Part shown: one piece after another, positions 32,573-41,406 of the stretch
How positions within the stretch are numbered: the stretch's first letter is position 1
Layout: every line of letters begins with the position of its first letter
DNA from: Patescibacteria group bacterium
Lineage (GTDB): Bacteria; Patescibacteriota; Patescibacteriia; Patescibacteriales; UBA12465
Direction: 5' to 3'
Assembly: GCA_028687275.1 (NCBI GenBank)
Contig: JAQUAK010000004.1
Span: 3,104 to 67,103 of the forward strand
DNA: 64,000 bases
Translations under genes and position numbers: made by a program
Notes under the pieces: model-generated
What the model saw: only the letters and a program-made list of their open reading frames with translations
Databases searched by the model: none
Told to the model about the DNA's origin: nothing

Positions 32573-35494
32573 TTAGAGCTTGGATTCTGAAACAGACACG
32601 CACCGGCCATTTGGCCAAGCCAAGTTATTCCAAACAGTGCCATTAGCACAATTGCAACTGCCTAAAGACTCGCACCCATTTATACCATCACAATTATAAT
32701 AACCCTCATTACAGAAAATGTTACAAGTGCTTGACTGTGAATAAGAGCATTTACTAATATTGCTAGCACAAGACGCAGTCGATAAAGGTGAGGAAACATA
32801 ACAAGCACCTCCACACTCATACTGATTAGGGGGGCAATTATTTACACCAGTGTTACCTTTATCACCAGTGTCACCAGTGTCACCTTTATCGCCCGTATCA
32901 CCTTGATCGCCTGTATCACCTTGATCGTCGCCTGTGCCCTTAGCAATATCCTCACAAGCTATCTGACTGTCGCAACCAGGAGTAATATAGCAATCAAACC
33001 AACCGCTATTACAAACACAGACAGATCCATTATAAGATGAATTTTCACCACAACTAGCGCAATCCTGATAACAATTAGCACCATTCTCCCAGTTTATACT
33101 TTCCCCATTTCTTTCTATCCTAAGTTGACAAAAGCCATCCCCACAAAAACCACCATTTATTTCATCGTCAGAAAAAGTACAGAAAAACTGATTATTCATA
33201 ATTGGATAAGGAGTGATATCGCCAAGCTTGGTGGTACAAGCATATTGGAAAGCCGAGGTGCTACTAGCGATTCTATCACGACTTAAAACGATGCCACTAT
33301 TGCCATCACAATCTTCTTGCCCGTCATTATAAAAACCTCCTCGACCCTCTAAATTAGGTTGCTGCTTAATGCCATCGCCACAATAATTATTAACAGCCAA
33401 GTTAAATTCTCTTTGTGAAACTGCCCCAAACTCATTTTCAGCCTTAATCTTAATTAAATTATTAATAGAAGCTACTAGTGGCTTACCCTGAATTGAATAA
33501 TATGAAGCTATCGGAGCGGCTTCAGCTCGCTGGAATAAATTCTTCCCACTAAGACCTAGCCTGGCTAGAATTTTTTGCCAAGGCTTTCGATTAATTAAAG
33601 TCCCATCGCTTGGATTGCTAGCATTGGCAGTATTAGTAATTTGCAGCCCCGCCGGCAAAATACCAACGGCCGTATAATTAATAGTGTGATCACCTTGCTT
33701 CTGCCAACCCAAACCGCAATAATAAGAAGACCCGAGACGTATGGCTTTAGTGCAATTAAAATCTAGAATTGGTAAATCAACTTTAATATTTATTCTGACC
33801 TGGCGGGTAGAAACTACATTATAATTATCTTTCGCCGTAATCAAATAAGTAAAAGTGGTGTCTTGCAAAAATTTATTTGAAGTTAGTAAATTATATTTTA
33901 AAGTATAATAAGTTGTATTACCGGAACGACGTGAAGTCCCACTTAAAAAAGTGGCTCTATTGGGTGCTAACAAATCATAAGGGCCAGAATTATATAAGGA
34001 TTTAACAATTGTATAACTTAAAGGATAATCTTTATCACTAACACTAAAATTAATAGTTAAGGGGATAACCGTGCTAGGGTAGTAATCCACATCTTCTGAT
34101 TGAATTAAAGGAGCATCATTGCTAATAACAATAGGAGTATTGGTAGACATAACTGAGCCCTCCACATCAGTTACATTTAAAGTAAGGTTATAAGTACCAA
34201 TAGCACCGGCTTTAGCTGCATATATCTTCTTTTGATTGGGGTTATAGGTATCTTGCAAGACAGGAGCTGCACTCCATCCAGACCAATTAGCATTACTTGT
34301 ATCTATCGACCAAGAGAGAGGATTATTTTCTGGGTCAATCACTTTAATAAAACCGCTAAAAGCTTGGTTCTGCTCACCATATAAATTAGTATCAACTAAT
34401 ACTGGGGGCAAATTATTACCGGAGCCAGTGTAACCGGAACCACTAGCGATGCAGCCTAATTCGGACAATTGACCTTCAGCTGTATTATAACCAAGGCTTT
34501 TTGTTTCCATGGCCGAACACAGGCTATAGTTAGAGCCATTGCTATCACTAGAATAAGAGAAAACATAACTTTGCGCTGGCAGCTCTAAACTATTATTACC
34601 AGGCTGAGGATCTGCAAATGATTGATTCTCTTTATTCCAACAAGTAACAGAATCAAAGCCACCACAGACGCCTAAACTATTTATTGGATCAAGGACTAAT
34701 TGCCCAACGCCTAGCTGCGGCAATAATAATGATTGCCAACTCGGCCATACAGAAATTGAATTTAGAGGTAAATATGTACCAGAATCTAGAACTGGATATT
34801 TATTGTTAACTTGTCTAAAAGAGGATAAAGATTCACGTAAATTACCAAGCATGCCCAAACGACGAACATCACGAGCCACCCTTGACCTCAGGCTATCACA
34901 ATAGAGGCCCTGGCTACAGTCATTATCAGTATAACAAGCGTTATTTTCCACTAACTGACAGCGGCCAGGAGCGTTAGCTGAACTTAAACAAGTCATACCC
35001 TGACCACAATCGCTGTCACCATTACAATTAAGTGTAGAAATACTACAAGCTCCGACATCATTAAGATTACTGTTAAATTGCCAGTGGTCAACAATCTGAC
35101 CTAAAACATCAACAGTAGTTACATTTGGATCTTGGTTATAAGAAATTAAATATATGTTGGTATAGATTGTTTTATTAACTAAGTCTACATTAGCAGCATT
35201 AACATACACGCTACGTCCATCACGAACGGCATCATATGAGTCAACTAATAGAGACTGAGGTGAGCCGGAAAACCCTTGACTTTGATACCAACGGGCAGCA
35301 CTGTAATGATTTGGGTTCGGCAAAACTCTAACCGCAATAGCATCACTATCCCCACCTAGTATCATACCCGAATTACTAGCGGCTGGGGGCTGATTACTAA
35401 GCGCGTCTGCTTTTGTAAACACTGCCTGCAAAACCAGCAGTGAAAAAACTAATACCAAGACGGCTGTTAATTTAAAATTTATTTTTGTTTTCAT
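32573..35494 (-). CDS. large secreted Cys-rich protein with Ig/cadherin-like repeats, CGDG...CDGN-type Cys repeats and a short Gly-X-Y tract
   Basis: 973 aa. Signal peptide (VLVFSLLVLQAVFTKA-DA). Segments with LPAGLQI and PLSWSI/PLSYTI resembling putative-Ig (He_PIG-like) domains. CGDGIKQQ..EDCDGN resembles the Myxococcus-type cysteine-rich repeat. GDTGDQGDTGDKGDTGDTGDKGNTG tract. Confidence 0.7.
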   Translation of the reverse strand: MKTKINFKLTAVLVLVFSLLVLQAVFTKADALSNQPPAASNSGMILGGDSDAIAVRVLPNPNHYSAARWYQSQGFSGSPQSLLVDSYDAVRDGRSVYVNAANVDLVNKTIYTNIYLISYNQDPNVTTVDVLGQIVDHWQFNSNLNDVGACSISTLNCNGDSDCGQGMTCLSSANAPGRCQLVENNACYTDNDCSQGLYCDSLRSRVARDVRRLGMLGNLRESLSSFRQVNNKYPVLDSGTYLPLNSISVWPSWQSLLLPQLGVGQLVLDPINSLGVCGGFDSVTCWNKENQSFADPQPGNNSLELPAQSYVFSYSSDSNGSNYSLCSAMETKSLGYNTAEGQLSELGCIASGSGYTGSGNNLPPVLVDTNLYGEQNQAFSGFIKVIDPENNPLSWSIDTSNANWSGWSAAPVLQDTYNPNQKKIYAAKAGAIGTYNLTLNVTDVEGSVMSTNTPIVISNDAPLIQSEDVDYYPSTVIPLTINFSVSDKDYPLSYTIVKSLYNSGPYDLLAPNRATFLSGTSRRSGNTTYYTLKYNLLTSNKFLQDTTFTYLITAKDNYNVVSTRQVRINIKVDLPILDFNCTKAIRLGSSYYCGLGWQKQGDHTINYTAVGILPAGLQITNTANASNPSDGTLINRKPWQKILARLGLSGKNLFQRAEAAPIASYYSIQGKPLVASINNLIKIKAENEFGAVSQREFNLAVNNYCGDGIKQQPNLEGRGGFYNDGQEDCDGNSGIVLSRDRIASSTSAFQYACTTKLGDITPYPIMNNQFFCTFSDDEINGGFCGDGFCQLRIERNGESINWENGANCYQDCASCGENSSYNGSVCVCNSGWFDCYITPGCDSQIACEDIAKGTGDDQGDTGDQGDTGDKGDTGDTGDKGNTGVNNCPPNQYECGGACYVSSPLSTASCASNISKCSYSQSSTCNIFCNEGYYNCDGINGCESLGSCNCANGTVWNNLAWPNGRCVSVSESKL
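32846..32938 (-). repeat. in-frame tandem 9-bp (GGYGAYAMN) repeat encoding Gly-X-Y triplets
   Basis: Minus strand reads GGC ACA GGC GAC GAT CAA GGT GAT ACA GGC GAT CAA GGT GAT ACG GGC GAT AAA GGT GAC ACT GGT GAC ACT GGT GAT AAA GGT AAC ACT GGT. That gives eight uninterrupted G-X-Y triplets by hand count. Confidence 0.8.
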
Positions 35495-35512
35495 ATATAA
35501 ATGTTTAAAACA

Positions 35513-38500
35513 TTATTGGACGGGAACAACAATAGAAATTTCTGTTGATTTTAGACTTTCATTATTAGAATTATCTAGAGCAGATAAGGCGAAATAATGA
35601 GTGCCGGGGTTAAACTGTCGGATATCTAAATCTAAAGATACGGCACCATTGTCCGAATCAAAAGATTCTCCATATTGCCCTGAAGTAATGCCATGATAAA
35701 GACGATAAAATATCGTATCATCGTTATTAGCCAACCAGCTAAAATGTAAGCGCTGATCAGTAGCAATTGAGCCATCAAAGCCAAGTGGTCGATTAGGGGC
35801 CAAGGTATCAGTAGGCGTTCCTAGTTTTTCACCAGACAAAGCACTTTCTACTCGAGTGAAAGAAATGGCAGAAACTCTAAATCGATAAATTGTATCTACG
35901 TCTAAACCAGTTAAAACATATTTACAGGAATAATTTTGCCCATCAATAGGATTGGTCGGCATACAGGTAGTAGTAGCGCTATCTTGATAGATGCTATTTG
36001 GCATAACATCAACAAAAGCAGTATTACCAGAGACTTTAGGTGTGTAATAAATTCGATACTTACCGAGCTTATTAGGATCAGCATTATAGATTAAACTAGA
36101 GTCTCCATACCACTCCAAACGGATAGAGTCACCCACCTCTAAATCAACAGCAGCAGAGATTGAGCCTATGGTTGGTATCTCTTGCTTGAAGAAATAAGAC
36201 TCCTTGAGCACGCTCCACATACAGAAACCGTCACCCTGACCATCAAAATTATTATCCGGTCCACAAGCCTGGTTCATAATCGAGCAGGGGGTCTGTCCTT
36301 CACTACAAGTTAGAACATCACTCGTTCCCTTAATCACCGCCGGATTAATCATTGCTGGTAAATCATCACTTAATAAATCAGTTCCGGCATCACGACAATA
36401 ATAGAATTTATAATTATAATTACTGCAATTAGGACTACTGGCACCAACACAGGTGTCGTACCAAGGGGACCAGCTTAAATTAGCTGGATTTACTGATGGC
36501 CAAGGATTTTTACATAAGAAGACAAATAAAGGCACATCGACCTTAGCGTCATCACCATCATAATAAAGATTACAACAATTATTAAAGCAGCCAGGTTCAG
36601 CACAAACACAGCTTGATGCCTCATTACAACTTGGAGCTGAAAAACGATCCATATTAATTTGAGCTGACAAAATACTAGAGTCATCAGTCACCCCTTCATT
36701 CGCTGCTACTAAAACCTGATTAACAGCTAAGCCTCCAACGGAAAGCATACTAGCTAAGCTTGGCTTAGCAATATTCCAATCCCAGTCCCAGTAATAAGCG
36801 GAGGTGGGGTGAAGTATTTGCCCATCACTGCTATAAGCATCGGCAGTAAATAATTTATCTCTATCGGATGCGGTATCAAAACTACTAGCTGAAATATCAG
36901 AGTCATTTTCATTAACATCATTATCAGTTGTTTGGAAAAGATAGGAGACAGGCTCACTGGAGACATAATCAACCGCGCAAATACCAGCGTTAGCTCCCTG
37001 TTCTGATAGAGTAGTAAAATTAGCAATATAAGAATTGCCAAAGTTTAAATTATTAAAAGATAAATTAATACCTTCAGTGTATATACCAGAACCTAAATTA
37101 AGGTAACCATCGCCATTAAAACCAAGTCCCCACTGACTTAATACACCGACATTGCTATCCAGAGCCTCATCACCCTTAATAACTAAATAATAATTAGCCC
37201 CAGCTGAAAGCAATGTCTTGGGAATAAATTCAACTTTACTTCCGTTGCCATTCTGTCGCAAAGAAATAGAACCAGGGACAGAACAATATAGTTTTGATGG
37301 GTCAGGTAAACCAGCTAGAGCTGTGTCAGAAGCTAAGCCGACTGCATTTAACAAAACATTAAAATTAGACTTTAATTTTGCCACCGTTCTAATAAGCCAA
37401 CTTTGAGGATGATATTTGAAGCCACTGGCTGAGGCAACAAAAGTGCCAGAAGGACAAACCCCTGTGCCATAACTAATTTCTTCTAACAACAATATATTAT
37501 TAGATAGACTGGCTACGTCCATATATTGATCAAAGGGGATTTGTAGAGTGACATTACGACAGACGTCGCTATCGCCATGGGCTGGATTTAATTGATCAGT
37601 TACAACCAGAGGACGAGCGCGACAACAAGTTCCAGAGTCACAGCCTAAAGTTTCTGCGTTGCCACAATCATTATCCTGAGAACAACCACAGCATAAACCT
37701 CTGTCATCACCGGAGCAAGGAGTTTGGTTTGGCTGACAAACTAAATTGCCATTACCAATACCAGCACAAGACAGGGGATTTCCAACCTGACAACAACAAG
37801 AACCACAATCACCAGGCAAGCCGGCATTGCCAGAATCGTTCAAACAAGCAAAAGGAGAGCTACAGAAAGACTGGTTACAATCAGTAGTAGAAGTAGTATT
37901 AATAGAGCGACAATCCTTACCCAAACCACCAAGAGGAGGCTGAGAACAGGCAGTGTCACAAGCTAAAATTGTACTATAAGTACCAGTAGCACTAGCATTC
38001 AGGTTACATTGATCTTCATTAGGAGCAGCCTGACAATCATAATAAGTACAATAACCATCATCCGTCTTATCTCCGGATTCACATTTCTGGTCCGAAAAAT
38101 TAAAGCAACAATCGCTATTAGCACTACAAGCACTTAAATTACCATCATGTTGCCCACAAATAGAATCGTTACCACCGTTTTTACAAACATCCACACAAGT
38201 ATCTACATTCTTAAAAAATCCTAGCTTAAAAGGAGTGTCAACCGCACAAGATTTATTATTATCTATGCTGGTCTCACAATCATAGCGAGCACAATAGCCA
38301 AAATCTGGGCTAGTATCATCACTAGTTATCGCCTGCCCATTACCACCAACGCAAATATCATCATCGGGGCTACTTGTCCCCTTAGAATCTAAGCAGCATG
38401 ATTGGCTGTGATCAAGACAAGACTCAGCTGATAATAAACTACAATCCAAACAAGCTCCCGTAGGAATAGATGTGTCGCAATATTTGCCGGAATGATTACT

Positions 38501-41365
38501 ACAATTACAGGCTTGATCTGACTGAGCCTGATCAATCACTCCATTATTAATAATACTACAACCAGAACACTGCCCTAGACCGGCGTTATCATCAACAGTA
38601 TCGCTACCACAAGAGCCGCTACAGGTTAAAGGTGCACAACAATCACGAGCATCTTCTCCAATTTCACAACAACAATCACAACGAGCTGATTCAGTGCTGA
38701 CACAAGTCTGCCCTTGGCATTTTGAAGCACCGCTACAAAGTTCCTGGCTGACACAAATACCAGCTTCACTATCATTTTCAGCATAACAGTTAAAATTATC
38801 AGCACACAGCGAACAGCTTGATGTCACTGGGCTAACACTATCTACGCAACGACCACCATTAAGTCGAGTCCAGCCCTGTGGGCAAGAGGAAGAGGTTGTA
38901 ATTTCAAAATGAGCCTGATTACCAAATTGAGAGAATGTTTTACAAACCCTATTAGTTTTAATCTCTAAGTTATTTAAATTATAAGTAAACACCGAATCAG
39001 GCGAACAAGTAGCATTATTTAAAACACAAGCATCAAGATTGCTGTTAAAAGTACAGCCCGCAACTTGTCCGACACAAGCAATAGTATTAGCACAGGTAGA
39101 ATCGCATGAGCCTAAATTCAAAGTACCTCCAGCAAAGGGCGAACATAAACCAGGTGAGTTAGGGCAAAAAGAACCAATCTGACAAGCGCCTAAAGCCTGC
39201 GCCATTCCTTGACAGCTATCATAAACAGGAGTGCTGCTACTATTGCCATATCCAGTAGCAAAACCCCATTCAAAAACGGAGTTAGGCACATTAACATAGC
39301 AAGAAGCGAGGGCGGGCTCACAGCGTCCCTGCTTATAAGTACCAGCAGGGCAACATACTTCAGTGCCACAGTCGCTATCAACTACACAGCTACCTATTTC
39401 AAAATTAACATCATTTCCCCATTCATTATTTTTTATTACTTTAACCGGACCAGTAACGGAATTATCAGGGACATTAGGCTCTAATAATTGGGCTAATTGA
39501 TCATTTTGATCGTTCGCAATAACTACGCTAGCAGTTTTATTAAAAGTAAAATTAACTAAAGCGTTACCGCCTGTTTCACCGAAATATTCCCCCCAAATAC
39601 TAACTGGGGTGCCAATTTGGCCTCTACTAGGAGAAATTTTACAAATACTTGTTTTTAAAGATTCATCCTCACTCACATTAAAAACATTAGGGTTTGAATC
39701 TTGAGAATTTATTTCTTCGCCATTAAGCTCAATTCTTATTTCAACAGCACCATCAGTAACTTCCGCTGGCACCTTTACAATAATTTGCTGATCACGCCAA
39801 ACTGAATTAGCGCAAACATCTGGAAAATTATAATCAGCCTCAACCTCGCCGAAGAACACTTTAGAGAAGCCTTGAGCGCCACCGAAACCACCGCCATGGA
39901 TGGTTACATACTGCCCGGCCCGACCAATAATTGGTTCAAAATAACTAATATAAGGGCCCGCCTCAGCCTCTTCTTGCTTAACAAATTTTACATAATTACT
40001 TTTTTCTTCATTGCCAGCGATAGGGGCCAACACAAAACTACTCATTTTACCTTCTTTCAAATTCGGTACCGTGGTCATGCCACTAATACCCGCCGGATTA
40101 ACAAAAACAGAATTAAGGCCAGCTACATTTTTATTATAATCACCAAAAAAGGCTTCACCAGAATAGAGATTAATCCCATAATAATTAACCTGCTGACTTA
40201 GTAACCCGGCATCAGGTGTTAATAAACATAAACCAGGTCGAGTAATTTCATTAACCATGAAATCAGGAACAATTGGACCGTAGTCGTCATTAGTGAAATC
40301 AAATTTATTATCCGCACTAATCACTTGAACTGGACCAGACTGAATGCCAGCTGGTAAAACTACAATAATCTGATTATTAGTCCAAGAATTTATACAATCC
40401 GAATTAACCTCACTAGGCATCACGCCAACTGCATCCCCCTCAAATACAACCTTACTATTTAGAGGGTCATAGGCACCAAAATTACTACCACTAATGGTTA
40501 CAAGATTATCAATTGCTCCATTGGGGGTAGAGGTGTTGCAAGTTAAAACACAATCGTCATCAGAAACACAGCTTCTATCTTGATTTTCTTCACAAAAACC
40601 TCCCTCTGGACTAATAGCGGTGATAACGGGCGAGCCTTCACAGGTACAAGAATCGGGGCTACAAATGAGATATTCGGCACAATAATTATTATTTATTTCA
40701 CAACTAGCCGTCTCTGGATTCAAATCACAAGAATCACCAAGCTCTCCTTTGGGTAAACAAGAACAGGTGTCAGCGTTGCAATAACTAGTTTCAGCGCATA
40801 TTTGATCACTTGCCTGACAACCATTTAAGGGACTACTATCACAACTAATTGGCCCAGTACCACCACCGCAATCAGAACCTAAACAAGGGCCCCAAGTTGA
40901 ATCAGTACAAGTCATAGAGCCACCACAACCACAAGACAATGATTGTCCAGTTGTACAAGCACTACCACCAGAACTATTACCGGTAGCACCAATTAAACGA
41001 CTCAAAATAAAACTAGCAATACCCCAAGCTGATAGAATAATAATCAGACCAATCACTCCATTTTTTAATATTTTCTTAGCTTGGGAAACTTTATCCTCCT
41101 CGCCATTGGAAGTCATCCAGACAAAACCTCCCCAGATAATAATGACCACAGCGATAATACCTAAAACTAACAAAGCAACGTTTATAACCCTAGCCGCTAC
41201 AGTACGTGGGTCAGTCGACCCCAAATCAATAGTATTACTAATTTCGTTAGTACCAACGTCAATTTGGGCTGAAGCTATTTGTGCCAATCCAAGCAAAGAA
41301 CTAATAGCTAAAGCCAGTACTAAAAATTTGAAAATATTTTTTTTGTTTTTCAACACAGATTTCAA
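35513..41365 (-). CDS. giant (1950 aa) surface protein: signal peptide plus TrbC/VirB2-like two-helix hairpin, IPT/TIG-like domains, extreme Cys-rich core, Big_5-like and FN3-like C-terminal domains
   Basis: N-terminus ...GLAQIASA-QIDVG.., TM1 INVALLVLGIIAVVIIIWGGFVWM, loop TSNGEEDKVSQAKKILKN, TM2 GVIGLIIILSAWGIASFILSRL. IPT-like PVITAISPEGG..VTISGSNFG, YISYFEPIIGRAGQYVTIHGGGFG and ICKISPSRGQIGTPVSIWGEYFG. FN3-like YRFRVSAISF and YFALSALDNSNNES. Confidence 0.75.
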   Translation of the reverse strand: MKSVLKNKKNIFKFLVLALAISSLLGLAQIASAQIDVGTNEISNTIDLGSTDPRTVAARVINVALLVLGIIAVVIIIWGGFVWMTSNGEEDKVSQAKKILKNGVIGLIIILSAWGIASFILSRLIGATGNSSGGSACTTGQSLSCGCGGSMTCTDSTWGPCLGSDCGGGTGPISCDSSPLNGCQASDQICAETSYCNADTCSCLPKGELGDSCDLNPETASCEINNNYCAEYLICSPDSCTCEGSPVITAISPEGGFCEENQDRSCVSDDDCVLTCNTSTPNGAIDNLVTISGSNFGAYDPLNSKVVFEGDAVGVMPSEVNSDCINSWTNNQIIVVLPAGIQSGPVQVISADNKFDFTNDDYGPIVPDFMVNEITRPGLCLLTPDAGLLSQQVNYYGINLYSGEAFFGDYNKNVAGLNSVFVNPAGISGMTTVPNLKEGKMSSFVLAPIAGNEEKSNYVKFVKQEEAEAGPYISYFEPIIGRAGQYVTIHGGGFGGAQGFSKVFFGEVEADYNFPDVCANSVWRDQQIIVKVPAEVTDGAVEIRIELNGEEINSQDSNPNVFNVSEDESLKTSICKISPSRGQIGTPVSIWGEYFGETGGNALVNFTFNKTASVVIANDQNDQLAQLLEPNVPDNSVTGPVKVIKNNEWGNDVNFEIGSCVVDSDCGTEVCCPAGTYKQGRCEPALASCYVNVPNSVFEWGFATGYGNSSSTPVYDSCQGMAQALGACQIGSFCPNSPGLCSPFAGGTLNLGSCDSTCANTIACVGQVAGCTFNSNLDACVLNNATCSPDSVFTYNLNNLEIKTNRVCKTFSQFGNQAHFEITTSSSCPQGWTRLNGGRCVDSVSPVTSSCSLCADNFNCYAENDSEAGICVSQELCSGASKCQGQTCVSTESARCDCCCEIGEDARDCCAPLTCSGSCGSDTVDDNAGLGQCSGCSIINNGVIDQAQSDQACNCSNHSGKYCDTSIPTGACLDCSLLSAESCLDHSQSCCLDSKGTSSPDDDICVGGNGQAITSDDTSPDFGYCARYDCETSIDNNKSCAVDTPFKLGFFKNVDTCVDVCKNGGNDSICGQHDGNLSACSANSDCCFNFSDQKCESGDKTDDGYCTYYDCQAAPNEDQCNLNASATGTYSTILACDTACSQPPLGGLGKDCRSINTTSTTDCNQSFCSSPFACLNDSGNAGLPGDCGSCCCQVGNPLSCAGIGNGNLVCQPNQTPCSGDDRGLCCGCSQDNDCGNAETLGCDSGTCCRARPLVVTDQLNPAHGDSDVCRNVTLQIPFDQYMDVASLSNNILLLEEISYGTGVCPSGTFVASASGFKYHPQSWLIRTVAKLKSNFNVLLNAVGLASDTALAGLPDPSKLYCSVPGSISLRQNGNGSKVEFIPKTLLSAGANYYLVIKGDEALDSNVGVLSQWGLGFNGDGYLNLGSGIYTEGINLSFNNLNFGNSYIANFTTLSEQGANAGICAVDYVSSEPVSYLFQTTDNDVNENDSDISASSFDTASDRDKLFTADAYSSDGQILHPTSAYYWDWDWNIAKPSLASMLSVGGLAVNQVLVAANEGVTDDSSILSAQINMDRFSAPSCNEASSCVCAEPGCFNNCCNLYYDGDDAKVDVPLFVFLCKNPWPSVNPANLSWSPWYDTCVGASSPNCSNYNYKFYYCRDAGTDLLSDDLPAMINPAVIKGTSDVLTCSEGQTPCSIMNQACGPDNNFDGQGDGFCMWSVLKESYFFKQEIPTIGSISAAVDLEVGDSIRLEWYGDSSLIYNADPNKLGKYRIYYTPKVSGNTAFVDVMPNSIYQDSATTTCMPTNPIDGQNYSCKYVLTGLDVDTIYRFRVSAISFTRVESALSGEKLGTPTDTLAPNRPLGFDGSIATDQRLHFSWLANNDDTIFYRLYHGITSGQYGESFDSDNGAVSLDLDIRQFNPGTHYFALSALDNSNNESLKSTEISIVVPVQ

Positions 41366-41406
41366 AATAAATGGTTAAGTTAAAATCTTAACCTTAAATG
41401 AATTAT

